Sequence record: NC_042013.1
DNA length: 64,000 nucleotides
Strand: one strand, 5' to 3'
Positions 25,296 to 34,953 of the stretch are shown one piece after another; position 1 is the stretch's first letter; the number at the start of each line of letters is the position of its first letter. The notes beneath the pieces were generated by a model, which saw nothing but the letters and a program-made list of their open reading frames with translations, had not been told where the DNA came from and did no database searches. Both the position numbers and the translations under genes were made by a program.

Positions 25296-25904
25296 ATGAC
25301 GAAAAAACTAACCCCCGCTGAATGCGGAAAATTAGGTGCCATTGCTACTAAAAAATATATAGATCAACAAAACGAACAAAAACTATTAGCATATGATTTA
25401 AGCCCCACCCTTTGCAAAAACTGTTCAATAAAACTGGAATATGCAAAACGCCATAATAAATTTTGTGGCTCGTCATGTTCTGCAAGTTATAACAATGTTT
25501 TAAAAACTAAAAAAGTCAGTAAACAGTGCAAACATTGCAATAGCAGCATAAAATCAAAAGCAATTTATTGTTCACTGAAATGCCAACACGCATATGAATG
25601 GTCCGTAAAGAAGGAAAATTTCATCAACGGTTTGTTTGAAGAATATGGTCACAAAGTAATCAAAAAACTGATTATTGATATCAAAGGTTATAAATGCGAC
25701 GGATGTAATATTACCGAATGGAAAAATGCGCCTATCGTTCTTGAACTAGAACACAAAGATGGTATTTCATCCAACAACCATATAGATAATGTTTGCTTAT
25801 TATGTCCAAACTGTCATTCCCAAACACCTACGTATAAAGGCAGGAATAAAGGAAATGGTCGTCATATTAGGCGAGAACGATATCGGGATGGTAAAAGCTA
25901 TTAA
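25296..25904 (+). CDS. free-standing HNH endonuclease with Cys-rich repeats
   Basis: LELEHKDGISSNNHIDNVCLLCPNCHSQT; two CxxC...CSxxC units. Confidence 0.9.
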   Translation: MTKKLTPAECGKLGAIATKKYIDQQNEQKLLAYDLSPTLCKNCSIKLEYAKRHNKFCGSSCSASYNNVLKTKKVSKQCKHCNSSIKSKAIYCSLKCQHAYEWSVKKENFINGLFEEYGHKVIKKLIIDIKGYKCDGCNITEWKNAPIVLELEHKDGISSNNHIDNVCLLCPNCHSQTPTYKGRNKGNGRHIRRERYRDGKSY

Positions 25905-25907
25905 TAG

Positions 25908-25983
25908 TGGTGCACCTGACTGGAATCGAACCAGTGACACTCGCATCTTCAGTGCGATGCTCTACCAACTGAGCTACAGGTGC
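25908..25983 (-). tRNA. tRNA-Phe(GAA) copy 1
   Basis: cloverleaf, loop CT-GAA-GA, encoded CCA. Confidence 0.95.
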
Positions 25984-25984
25984 G

Positions 25985-26058
25985 TGGCTTGGGATAATGG
26001 ATTCGAACCACTACCAACGGAGTCAGAGTCCGTTGTTCTACCGTTAAACTAATCCCAA
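25985..26058 (-). tRNA. tRNA-Gln(CUG)
   Basis: loop CT-CTG-AC, U1-A72, G73, encoded CCA. Confidence 0.93.
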
Positions 26059-26073
26059 ATAAATTTTAAATTG

Positions 26074-26151
26074 TGGTCAGGGTAGCTGGATTTGAACCAG
26101 CGTTGCCACATTCCAAGTGTGACCGGATAGACCAGACTTCCTTATACCCTG
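26074..26151 (-). tRNA. tRNA-Pro(UGG) copy 2 with A37
   Basis: C1-G72, loop CT-TGG-AA, encoded CCA. Confidence 0.88.
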
Positions 26152-26154
26152 AAG

Positions 26155-26229
26155 TGGTGCGCGATGAGAGGATTGAACTCCCGACATCCTCGGTGTAAAC
26201 GAGGCGCTCTCCCGCTGAGCTAATCGCGC
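26155..26229 (-). tRNA. tRNA-Val(UAC)
   Basis: loop TT-TAC-AC, encoded CCA. Confidence 0.95.
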
Positions 26230-26267
26230 AAGATGATAGATTTAAGGTATCTATCAAACCTTTAGTA

Positions 26268-27680
26268 TTATTCTTCTACGAATGGTTGCCCATTATATAT
26301 TGACATATTATAGCAGGCATTATTGTCAAAGTTAAGATTCGGCAATACAACTTGCTTACCTATTGTAGTATTATCTCCGCTTGCGAACATCCAAGAAAAG
26401 ACCTTAGAATCTGGAATGAATACCATATCATTTAGGTTAAACGACATACCGGATTGAATTCCAATATACAATGATGTGGTTGGTGTTGAATCAACTCCTC
26501 GCGATGCGAACAATATAATTTCACCTTCATAATTTGCAGGGTATGCTCTTGTATCATAATTAGGCGCACCTGACGAAGCTGTTCTGCTACCTAATCCACA
26601 ACTGATATTTCGTTGTTCGGTTGTTTTAATTTTTATCTTTACGGCGAAGTTGTTATTTTCTTTGAAAAAGTCTGCATCAAGCATTCCATTAAATGTAATC
26701 AACCCGTATCGATCTTCTACTGTTACCCAACCATCTTCATCAACTTTCATTGCTTGAACGAAGTTACGAGTTGGATTAATCTCGGCATAAGTATATTCTA
26801 CTGGACCTTGTGTAATTACGCTTGACGCGAATTTAGTTGTATATCCCGGTGGGCTTTGAATAAACTCATTAGGGATAACGCCGCTGGTTGCCATTGAAAA
26901 TTTTGGTGAACCTTGTTCTGTTCCCATAAATTCTCTAATTACGGTAGTTCCCATAATACCGGAAAAGCTTTTTTCCCAAGCAATAATGTCGTCGCCAAAC
27001 GAACCAAACTCGTTAATACGTAGGCCACCATATCCAAGGTCGGCTCCGGTTACTTCAACGGTAAGGTTAGCTTCTTCGATTGTCATATTACGACCTGCAG
27101 CTTGGATAAGCATAACGTCGCCGTATTCTGCTTGGTCGAGAATTTCCAAAGGTTCGCCGCCGTGTTTGATGGTTACCGTAATAGGTCCGGTTTTGTTTGA
27201 AATCTGTGCGGCCATAACCATAACGACGTCTGGCGCAGCCAATTGGAATGACTTGCTTAATGTATTGAAACCGTTTGGTTCAGTAACAAAAACGTCCATT
27301 GGGCCGGGAACTAAAACGGTTGGTTCAACGAACATAGAATAGAACGTTTCGAGTTCGATATCAGTATTGCGTTGATTATTGAAAACGTACCATTGTTCAG
27401 AACGGCCATTCCAGTTTACGGTATTTTCTTTGATCCATTTAACTGGCAGAACTTCACCGTCTTGGTTACGTCCCATAACGTTCATTTCGTTTTCAGCCAA
27501 TTCCTCGGTTGGTTTGATAACAAGTCTGAAGCGTTTAACTACGCCATTATGAAGAACGCTATAAAGATTGTTGGTGTGCTGACGAATTAGTGGAACCCAC
27601 GCGATTGCGCCATTATGAAAAATTCGACCAACTATTTGAAGTTCGCCTTTGAAATACTTTTTATTAAGGGGTCTTCCCAT
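26268..27680 (-). CDS. probable virion structural protein (MGRP-type N-terminal domain)
   Basis: MGRPLNKKYF N-terminus shared with 50882-51862; TAAATA at 27713-27718. Confidence 0.7.
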   Translation of the reverse strand: MGRPLNKKYFKGELQIVGRIFHNGAIAWVPLIRQHTNNLYSVLHNGVVKRFRLVIKPTEELAENEMNVMGRNQDGEVLPVKWIKENTVNWNGRSEQWYVFNNQRNTDIELETFYSMFVEPTVLVPGPMDVFVTEPNGFNTLSKSFQLAAPDVVMVMAAQISNKTGPITVTIKHGGEPLEILDQAEYGDVMLIQAAGRNMTIEEANLTVEVTGADLGYGGLRINEFGSFGDDIIAWEKSFSGIMGTTVIREFMGTEQGSPKFSMATSGVIPNEFIQSPPGYTTKFASSVITQGPVEYTYAEINPTRNFVQAMKVDEDGWVTVEDRYGLITFNGMLDADFFKENNNFAVKIKIKTTEQRNISCGLGSRTASSGAPNYDTRAYPANYEGEIILFASRGVDSTPTTSLYIGIQSGMSFNLNDMVFIPDSKVFSWMFASGDNTTIGKQVVLPNLNFDNNACYNMSIYNGQPFVEE

Positions 27681-27733
27681 TGTAGTCTCCCAATCGTTTA
27701 TACAACTTCTGGTATTTATGGGAATGGAGTGAT

Positions 27734-27810
27734 TGGTACGCCTGACCGGACTCGAACCGGCGATTTCCTCATTGAAAGTGAGGTGCCTTAACCAACTTGG
27801 CCACAGACGT
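27734..27810 (-). tRNA. tRNA-Glu(UUC)
   Basis: loop CT-TTC-AA, encoded CCA. Confidence 0.93.
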
Positions 27811-27849
27811 AAAACGATTTTGAAAAGATCGAAAAACTTTTTTTTGTAG

Positions 27850-27921
27850 TATCGAGAGTAGGATTTGAACCTACGACCAACACCGTATGAAAGTGCCGCT
27901 CTACCGCTGAGCTATCCCGAT
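27850..27921 (-). tRNA. tRNA with CAU anticodon (Ile2/lysidine or Met)
   Basis: loop TT-CAT-AC, A73, 3' CTA rather than CCA. Confidence 0.85.
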
Positions 27922-27924
27922 ATG

Positions 27925-28000
<76 letters not shown>

Positions 28001-28064
28001 AAGGTGCGTGATTATGGGTCACACGCTTACCTCCTATGTTTTTATGAGTTAGGTAACTCCGTTG

Positions 28065-28146
28065 TTGGTGGTGTTGGATTCGAACCAACGTGGCTTAACA
28101 CTACGGATTTACAGTCCGTCCCAATCGACCGCTCTGGCAACCACCA
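28065..28146 (-). tRNA. tRNA-Tyr(GUA), bacterial long-variable-arm type
   Basis: ACGGA-CT-GTA-AA-TCCGT, long variable arm, A73, CCA not encoded. Confidence 0.88.
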
Positions 28147-28160
28147 AGGTTGAAGGTATG

Positions 28161-28240
28161 TGGTGCGCGGAGATGGACTTGAACCATCGACCTCACCATT
28201 ATCAGTGGTGTGCTCTGACCAAAAACTGAGCTACCCGCGC
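28161..28240 (-). tRNA. tRNA-Ile(GAU)
   Basis: loop CT-GAT-AA, encoded CCA. Confidence 0.95.
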
Positions 28241-28315
28241 ATAGTAATGAATTTTGGCATCCATTACGCCTTCGGTTTTAAGTCCGATAACTTTTTGAAA
28301 ACTTAACGTTTTCAG

Positions 28316-28393
28316 TGGTCAGTGCGGCTGAATTCGAATCAGCGTTCTCTACAGCCCAAGTGTAGCGGATTAACCAGACTTTCCCACGCACTG
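28316..28393 (-). tRNA. tRNA-Pro(UGG) copy 3
   Basis: C1-G72, loop CT-TGG-GC, encoded CCA. Confidence 0.88.
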
Positions 28394-28402
28394 TTATTAT
28401 TT

Positions 28403-28624
28403 TTAAACCAATTCCCAAGAACCATCGTCATCAACAACGAGTGCCATCGCCATTGGATCAGAACAATTGATTTCTACAACGGTATCTTCTGGATACCCTT
28501 TTTCATTGATAAGAATTTCAGCAACAACGCGATTCAACGTTTCGTCGCTTGGTTCAACAAAAAACCTCATTCTTGTTTGGAGCATCTTGGTAATCTGTTC
28601 ACGATCTGCACGAACTTTATACAT
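28403..28624 (-). CDS. hypothetical protein
   Basis: 73-aa ORF with AGGAG RBS and own TTGACA promoter. Confidence 0.7.
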   Translation of the reverse strand: MYKVRADREQITKMLQTRMRFFVEPSDETLNRVVAEILINEKGYPEDTVVEINCSDPMAMALVVDDDGSWELV

Positions 28625-28697
28625 TTGTTACTCCTTTTTCAATTTAACATTATTTGTGATATACACCTCCTTAACAATAATGTCAATAACTTTTTTG

Positions 28698-28773
28698 TGG
28701 TGCAATCGATCCGGTTCGAACGGATGACCTTCACATCTTCAGTGTGACACTCTACCAACTGAGTTACGATTGC
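28698..28773 (-). tRNA. tRNA-Phe(GAA) copy 2
   Basis: loop CT-GAA-GA, encoded CCA. Confidence 0.93.
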
Positions 28774-28789
28774 ATTTAGTTCATTTTAG

Positions 28790-28867
28790 TGGCGTACCCG
28801 GTAGAAGTCGAATCCACAACCTCTGGTTCCGTAGACCAGCGCTCTAGTCCAGTTGAGCTACGGGTAC
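28790..28867 (-). tRNA. tRNA-Arg(ACG)
   Basis: loop CT-ACG-GA, encoded CCA. Confidence 0.95.
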
Positions 28868-28871
28868 ATAG

Positions 28872-28943
28872 TGGAGAATACCGGAATCGAACCGGTCGGG
28901 CTACAATCTTGCAAGGATTGTCCGCTTACCCAGAGCATTCCCC
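28872..28943 (-). tRNA. tRNA-Ala(UGC), shortened D arm
   Basis: GGGGAAT/ATTCTCC with G3.U70, A73, loop CT-TGC-AA, ACCGG-TTCGATT-CCGGT T arm; no CCA. Confidence 0.75.
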
Positions 28944-29061
28944 ATACTTGGAAGGATTGTCTTCTTCACAATCCTTCCTATACGAAAATTAATTTAATCG
29001 ACTTGCAAATGTCGATTAATGATGACCTAACAATTTCAAAAAACAGTCCAATGGACAATAA

Positions 29062-29090
29062 AAAAACCGGGTAATTTCTTACCCGGTTCC
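29062..29090 (-). terminator. intrinsic terminator
   Basis: AACCGGGTAA/TTACCCGGTT hairpin with T-tract on minus strand. Confidence 0.7.
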
Positions 29091-29117
29091 GTTTCATCTT
29101 ACTATGTGATTTAAAGT

Positions 29118-29246
29118 TTACCTTTTATCACCCGTATGAGAGTCGGAACCGGAAATCGGATACCAAAACATCGCCGCTTCTGCGCGCACGAAGACGTTGC
29201 GTTCAATCGCAATAATCTCTGTTGTGGGCTGCATAGGGTTAGTCAT
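29118..29246 (-). CDS. 42-aa peptide
   Basis: read manually: MTNPMQPTTEIIAIERNVFVRAEAAMFWYPISGSDSHTGDKR; AAGGA RBS; TAAATA upstream, terminator downstream. Confidence 0.6.
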   Translation of the reverse strand: MTNPMQPTTEIIAIERNVFVRAEAAMFWYPISGSDSHTGDKR

Positions 29247-29345
29247 TTGGTTAAATCCTTTAGATTTGTGTTACAAAGTTATTTATCATTTATAAACGAT
29301 AAAAATCAGATAATCAATAAAAAAATTCATTTTTTTGTAATTTTT

Positions 29346-29738
29346 TTATAGAACCGATGCATAACGTACGATGTGACGATGAACAAGGTCAAATGTATCT
29401 GGATTGATTGCCGAAGTTGAACTGATTTCGAGCAAAATAAGGGTTTCGCCTTCTTCAAGATGGTTGTTAAGGGCTTTGAAAATTTCAGATGTCGTTTCTG
29501 CTCTACGGGTTTTGATTTCGAATTCTTTTCCATTATAAAAACCGATAGGTGCTGTTGCTCCAACGATACGGCTTTCAAAACCGTTTGCAACTGCGGTATT
29601 ATACCACGTTGTGGTTTCAACGATTGTCTTAATTGGAATAGTAGCTGGAATTCCAGATATAGTCGCCTCATTCTTTTTGATATGGTATTCAAAAAGGTCA
29701 ACGACATTAAATGTTTTAGTTGTTGTTTCTTGATGCAT
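29346..29738 (-). CDS. hypothetical protein
   Basis: 130-aa ORF, GAGGA RBS. Confidence 0.75.
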   Translation of the reverse strand: MHQETTTKTFNVVDLFEYHIKKNEATISGIPATIPIKTIVETTTWYNTAVANGFESRIVGATAPIGFYNGKEFEIKTRRAETTSEIFKALNNHLEEGETLILLEISSTSAINPDTFDLVHRHIVRYASVL

Positions 29739-29807
29739 GATTATTTCCTCAAATTAACTATAATGAAGTTATCATATGAGGTGTAATTAGTGCAATATAA
29801 AAAGACG

Positions 29808-30022
29808 AAAAAAGCAGGCTTGTCGACAGCCTGCTTCCCGTAATTATGACTTGATTAGGGTCTTATTTACGACGATCAATTAGAACCGCCGATGCAAAGT
29901 ATCGTCTTGCATGGGTACGTTCGGTTTCATTTTACAATCCACCCCGAAAAAAGGTTGCGAGAACGTTCTAGTTCCTCGAGACTACCATAATGTTACCGCT
30001 AATCACTTCAGCTTGTTATGAT
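29808..30022 (-). ncRNA. candidate 215-nt multibranched ncRNA
   Basis: TTGACA-17-TAGATT promoter (30057-30029), AGCAGGCT/AGCCTGCT terminator, 10-bp end-to-end helix, no ORF above 16 aa seen. Confidence 0.5.
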
Positions 30023-30053
30023 TTTTATAATCTACCGAAATTTACGTTATGTG

Positions 30054-30239
30054 TCAACTATATTCTTCAACGTGGCAGCCTTTTTCTTCAAGCGTTTTGA
30101 TATCTTCTTTTCGGCGCGTTATGGCTTCAGACTTGGTAGTAATGTACCCGTATGCCACAAATGATGGAGTTGACGAACCTATAGACTTAAACCATCCCCA
30201 ATTACCTGAACGTTTTTCAACTGGACCAAAATAATACAT
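30054..30239 (-). CDS. hypothetical protein
   Basis: 61-aa ORF with GAGGA RBS. Confidence 0.65.
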   Translation of the reverse strand: MYYFGPVEKRSGNWGWFKSIGSSTPSFVAYGYITTKSEAITRRKEDIKTLEEKGCHVEEYS

Positions 30240-30384
30240 TTTTGTTTCCTCTTAATATTAGCATTCTACTATATATAGTACATTTGTAGTTGTAAAAGCA
30301 ATATTAATAGTAAACTACGAGGTTAATTTTTAGGCATATTTCTTTAAATACCTATGGATGAGGTTTCTATAGGAGGAAATTACA

Positions 30385-32745
30385 GTGAGTACTAACCCTA
30401 CTGGCGGATATGTTCGTGTTGTCGGTTCTACTAAGAATGACAGTGATACACACAAAAGTTTAATCAATTTATTTGATATGAATAAAGGCGTACTTACCTT
30501 TAAAGCTCTTGAAGCTGGTGATGGTATTACATTAACACTTGTTGACGCAGACCCACGTGTTAATGATGGCCGTAAAGTTATTAGAATTGATTCTAACGGT
30601 GGAGGAGGAACAGCAACTGGTAGCTCTTGGTTGAATTATGTTGGTCCACCGTCAACAAGTGATGGTATTGACAACGATTTTAGTTTTGATCCTGAAACAG
30701 GTACGATTTATATTAAAAAAGACGGAGAGTGGAGTTCTATTGGTTTTCTTACAGGTACTAAAGGTGATACCGGACCTGTTGGTCCAGTAGGTCCAAGCGG
30801 TCCACGAGGAGTTAAAGGTGATAAGGGGAATGACGGTACTACTGGTGTTGCAGGTCCAATCGGACCCCAAGGGATTGCAGGTCCAACTGGTTTAGATGGC
30901 GCTGCGGGTATTCAAGGCCCAAAGGGTGATAAGGGGGATAATGGTCCAATTGGCGAGAACGGTTCACAAGGACCACAAGGTATTCAAGGTATTGCTGGAC
31001 CACAAGGATTACAAGGAGATGTTGGTCCCGCTGGAAATCAGGGAGAAACCGGAGCTACCGGACCACGCGGTCTTCAAGGAGAACAAGGATTAGCAGTTGT
31101 TCCTGACGAATATGGTATTTTGAACGAAACTAAAATTACAGAAATAGAAACATCTGGTATTGACCGTGTATTGTTGATAAGAGCTAACGGTGATGAACGT
31201 ACCGATACGGCAAATCCTGCATCTATTTCCGGTAATATGTCAAGTCATTTGGTTCGTTTCAATTCTGGTAGTAATCAATGGATGGATTTTGGACCAATAA
31301 CGGGGATTAAAGGAGAACAAGGCCCACAAGGCGAATCTGGTATTGCCGGTCCTTCCGGTTCTGCTGGTATCCAAGGTATTCAAGGTGTTGAAGGCCCACA
31401 AGGTATCCAAGGTGAAGCCGGTATTCAGGGAGGACGAGGAGAAACTGGTCCTCAAGGTGAAGTTGGTGAGATTGGTCCTGCTGGTCCACAAGGCATCCAA
31501 GGCCCAAAAGGTGATAAGGGAGATACCGGAGAAAAAGGTTCCGATGGTAAAGGCTATGAGGCTAATGAATTTGGAATTTTTGATGAGACTAAAATCTCTG
31601 AAATCGAACAACTTGCAGTCGATTGGACGTTTCTTATAACCGAGGGTGGCGATCAACGATTAAATAATCTCGTTCCAGCTGACATCGCAGGTGATCGTAG
31701 TGGGAGCCTCGTTGGATATGTTGCTGCTGATAATAAGTGGTATAGTTATGGCAAAGTAACCGGTATTGAAGGACCACGAGGAACGGCTGGCATTAATGGT
31801 ACAAACGGACGTGATGGTCGCGATGGTCGAGATGGCAGAGATGGACGTGACGGTCTTCAAGGAAGAGACGGTCTTCAAGGTCAAACCGGAGTTGCAGGAC
31901 AACGCGGTGAAAACGGTATTGACGGAACAATTGGGCCACGAGGCCCACAAGGCGAAGCTGGTATTGACGGAAATAATTTGAATGTTAAAGGTCACGTTCC
32001 AACTATTGATGACTTGCCAACAGAAAACTTACAAGACGGTGATGCTTTCCTCGTTGCGGACGTATTTTATATTTACTACGATGGTCAGTGGAGAGGGACT
32101 GGTATTGTTCAAGGTCCAAAAGGAGCCAAAGGCGATACCGGAGATATAGGTCCACAAGGACCGCAGGGAGATATTGGTCCTAAAGGCGATCAAGGCGTTC
32201 CCGGTCTACAAGGAATACCCGGTATTCAAGGAGAACAAGGTATTCAAGGTCCAAAAGGTGAGGATGGTCAACAAGGTTCGCCGGGTGAAAATGGTACTAA
32301 TGGTTCCTCTGTAGAATTTATTAACGGAGTAGAGGTAATAAACGGAGAGGTCAATCTTACCGCTGCAAACGTTGGTGCTCGACCAGATGATTGGACACCT
32401 ACGTGGGATGAAGTACGTGATAAACCAACGTCTGCCACAATCCCTCAATTAGTATATTCTGATCTTCTAGGTTCAAGAGCAAATAACATTTGGTATACAA
32501 ATGCTGGGCAAAGAGAACGTATTGTAAATGTTAGCACGAACTACATAACTTCAAGTTCATCATCTATGATACAAATGCGTGCTACAGGGACGACCGAACC
32601 AGTATTCTCTGTTAGAGGGCAAGCAGCAGGAACTGGCTCTACAAACCAAGTCATGCAAGCACACGTCCCGGCAGGGTGGCAGTATAGGTTTGTACCGGGG
32701 ACGAATCGTCAAATTAACACTTGGTTTGAGGGTGATTACGTATAA
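30385..32745 (+). CDS. collagen-like (Gly-X-Y) tail fibre/whisker protein
   Basis: four G-X-Y tracts, two related globular spacer domains, C-terminal beta domain (RERIVNVS...VPAGWQYR); TAAATA at 30345. Confidence 0.85.
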   Translation: MSTNPTGGYVRVVGSTKNDSDTHKSLINLFDMNKGVLTFKALEAGDGITLTLVDADPRVNDGRKVIRIDSNGGGGTATGSSWLNYVGPPSTSDGIDNDFSFDPETGTIYIKKDGEWSSIGFLTGTKGDTGPVGPVGPSGPRGVKGDKGNDGTTGVAGPIGPQGIAGPTGLDGAAGIQGPKGDKGDNGPIGENGSQGPQGIQGIAGPQGLQGDVGPAGNQGETGATGPRGLQGEQGLAVVPDEYGILNETKITEIETSGIDRVLLIRANGDERTDTANPASISGNMSSHLVRFNSGSNQWMDFGPITGIKGEQGPQGESGIAGPSGSAGIQGIQGVEGPQGIQGEAGIQGGRGETGPQGEVGEIGPAGPQGIQGPKGDKGDTGEKGSDGKGYEANEFGIFDETKISEIEQLAVDWTFLITEGGDQRLNNLVPADIAGDRSGSLVGYVAADNKWYSYGKVTGIEGPRGTAGINGTNGRDGRDGRDGRDGRDGLQGRDGLQGQTGVAGQRGENGIDGTIGPRGPQGEAGIDGNNLNVKGHVPTIDDLPTENLQDGDAFLVADVFYIYYDGQWRGTGIVQGPKGAKGDTGDIGPQGPQGDIGPKGDQGVPGLQGIPGIQGEQGIQGPKGEDGQQGSPGENGTNGSSVEFINGVEVINGEVNLTAANVGARPDDWTPTWDEVRDKPTSATIPQLVYSDLLGSRANNIWYTNAGQRERIVNVSTNYITSSSSSMIQMRATGTTEPVFSVRGQAAGTGSTNQVMQAHVPAGWQYRFVPGTNRQINTWFEGDYV

Positions 32746-32765
32746 TACCTAATTATGTTATTAAT

Positions 32766-32793
32766 AAAAAAGGGGCTTCGGCCCCTTTTTTAT
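32766..32793. terminator. bidirectional intrinsic terminator
   Basis: AAAAAAGGGGC-TTCG-GCCCCTTTTTT. Confidence 0.85.
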
Positions 32794-32834
32794 TTCAATG
32801 TAAATAATATTATATATTAACTTTTGGTTTTGTT

Positions 32835-33416
32835 TTGCGCATTTTTTTGTGGTTATTAATCATTTCATCGATATTAATTAAATCATCTTACGATGAACCT
32901 GTAACGATATCTGGAAGAACCGACGATACGTTATATTTCTACAACAATCTTACTAACTACATTATAATATCAACCGGAACGGGGGGTAACTTAGATGGTA
33001 TGATTGAATTTAGAAAAACTTATCCAGAATTTAACATAATTATAGATGGTGACTGCTATTCGGCGTGTACGTTATTATTAGGAATGAAAAACGTATATTA
33101 TACTGAAAATGCATCTTTCTATTTCCATTCATCGTACAATCTAACGTGTGGTCTGTTTTTTTCTAAAACAGTAGGTCTATCACAAAAAGGTAATATGACG
33201 ATGATGGAGGTATTTGATATCCCTATCAGAAAATGGATACGAAAATCAAAAGCATATGAAAGCTTATCATTTACCAAATTACCAAACGAATTATTAGATG
33301 GTTACAAGGCAAGTTTCATCCCATCATCTCTATTACCAAATTATAAAAGGGATGGTCGTTCAGGTTTGGATTTCATCAAATATACAGCGGACGATGTTAG
33401 GTGTCCATCAATGTGA
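32835..33416 (+). CDS. membrane-anchored ClpP/crotonase-fold-like protein
   Basis: N-terminal hydrophobic anchor; GTGGNL, IDGDCYSACTLLLG, FYFH. Confidence 0.55.
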   Translation: MRIFLWLLIISSILIKSSYDEPVTISGRTDDTLYFYNNLTNYIIISTGTGGNLDGMIEFRKTYPEFNIIIDGDCYSACTLLLGMKNVYYTENASFYFHSSYNLTCGLFFSKTVGLSQKGNMTMMEVFDIPIRKWIRKSKAYESLSFTKLPNELLDGYKASFIPSSLLPNYKRDGRSGLDFIKYTADDVRCPSM

Positions 33417-34008
33417 TATCTAATTGTTCTTTGTTGAGTTCAACCAAAATTTCGGTTTCATAATCGCCTGCCTCCAGCAATTTTTGTGCAAGTACCTTTT
33501 CTTTTAAAGATCGCTGTTCTTTTAGATAAGTGGCATGTAATGATAATTGAAAATTCACATCCTCATTTTCTGGAATTTTTTTCAACGTTGTCATGCACGG
33601 GCTTAGCATATAATTAAATGAGTTGATATCACTCCTGATGATACTAATCTCATCTTTGATTCGTTTGATATTGGTTGTATCAGCTTTATCAATGAAATCT
33701 ACATTTCTGTATGCTGCTTTTAAAACGGTGTCTCCTTTAACGAACTTTTTCCATTTGTATAAAAAAATCAGGTCACTGGACTCGTCATAGAATTCTATAA
33801 TATGACCGGCTAATGGCTGCGGAAGAACTGTAAACGTACTCTTAATAAATTTGTGTGATGGATGGGTAGAATATGCATAAACTTTGAACCCCTTTTTACC
33901 AAACGCTTCCTCCAATGCATTCAAGTCAAACTGCCCACGAATGCTACTTTTTGAATACCCATTACCACGTGGAGAATGTCTACCATCACTTAATACAAAA
34001 ATAGTCAT
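33397..34008 (-). CDS. hypothetical protein with C-terminal coiled coil
   Basis: 203-aa ORF, GAGG RBS. Confidence 0.75.
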   Translation of the reverse strand: MTIFVLSDGRHSPRGNGYSKSSIRGQFDLNALEEAFGKKGFKVYAYSTHPSHKFIKSTFTVLPQPLAGHIIEFYDESSDLIFLYKWKKFVKGDTVLKAAYRNVDFIDKADTTNIKRIKDEISIIRSDINSFNYMLSPCMTTLKKIPENEDVNFQLSLHATYLKEQRSLKEKVLAQKLLEAGDYETEILVELNKEQLDITLMDT

Positions 34009-34101
34009 ATGTTAACCTCTATTGATATGAAATAGTATCAAACTTGTCATTCGTTTTGCAATAAATATTTGTATATTAATTCGTTCTAAAAGGTAACAAC
34101 T

Positions 34102-34953
34102 ATGCCATATCAAGGGTCAAAAAGTAGTGAGGATATTACGTATTCATCTGAAGAAAAGAAAGGCGTCATAACCAAAGTTATTGCCCGTATCACCGGTATC
34201 ACATCAGGTCGATACACCAAACTTGGACGTAATCTTAAAAAGATTGAGCAGCTTGAAAAAGAAATTAAAGTTCTCAAAGCCGAGGTAAAAACTGATACTA
34301 AAGAGCTTATTCAAGATTTGTTTAATGCAGATGATATTGCACGCACTCGCGTAGTTGAAACCGTTGGCTTCCTTTTCGAATTGACAAAAGACCCTGCGGT
34401 TACTGTTTCTGTAAAGTACCAAAAGGTTCTCGAGGAAATGGAAAAGCATCTAACCCCTGAATTAATTGTTGTTCTTGAATCTATCAAAACAAAATTCACA
34501 ACACCAGCGTCTCCTAAGTCTCCTGCTCTTTCTTATGTTGATAAGGGCGGAATGAACGAGGCATCTAATGGTATCGTAGACAAGATCAAATCATTCTTTT
34601 CACGTTTCTTGAAAACAACCGAACGTTGGGCGGTATCATATGATAATAAGCTCGACGCATTGAAAGCAGAGATTTCAACGGTACAGGAAGAATTTTCAGA
34701 AATCAAAGAAGACGCTATTGAATACGCAAATGCTATTGTTGAAAAAGCCGTTGCGGATGCTGCTTCCGTATATGCTTCTAAGGTTAATGAATCTAACGCA
34801 TTTGATGCAACAGTAAATCATTACATCGCAGAAATTTCTCATAAAACGGCACTATCTTTTGAACCGTGGAAGAGAAAGCTTGTTGAGCATGTAGTAAAGG
34901 CCGAATTAAAGAAATCCGGCCTCGTTGAAAAAGCTGTTGATAATAAGCTTTAA
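34102..34953 (+). CDS. probable late/virion coiled-coil protein
   Basis: 283-aa ORF; TAAATA at 34062. Confidence 0.7.
   Translation: MPYQGSKSSEDITYSSEEKKGVITKVIARITGITSGRYTKLGRNLKKIEQLEKEIKVLKAEVKTDTKELIQDLFNADDIARTRVVETVGFLFELTKDPAVTVSVKYQKVLEEMEKHLTPELIVVLESIKTKFTTPASPKSPALSYVDKGGMNEASNGIVDKIKSFFSRFLKTTERWAVSYDNKLDALKAEISTVQEEFSEIKEDAIEYANAIVEKAVADAASVYASKVNESNAFDATVNHYIAEISHKTALSFEPWKRKLVEHVVKAELKKSGLVEKAVDNKL

Noticed and set aside
28250-28310. Remnant tRNA-Leu(UAA) arm (TCGGA-CTTAAAA-CCGA plus GGCGT/ATGCC hairpin)
   Set aside because: No acceptor stem or T arm; at most a decayed fragment.
31807-31875. Short direct repeats resembling a CRISPR array
   Set aside because: They are in-frame 9-nt units encoding GRD/GLQ collagen triplets with no unique spacers; no CRISPR array or cas gene was seen in the window.
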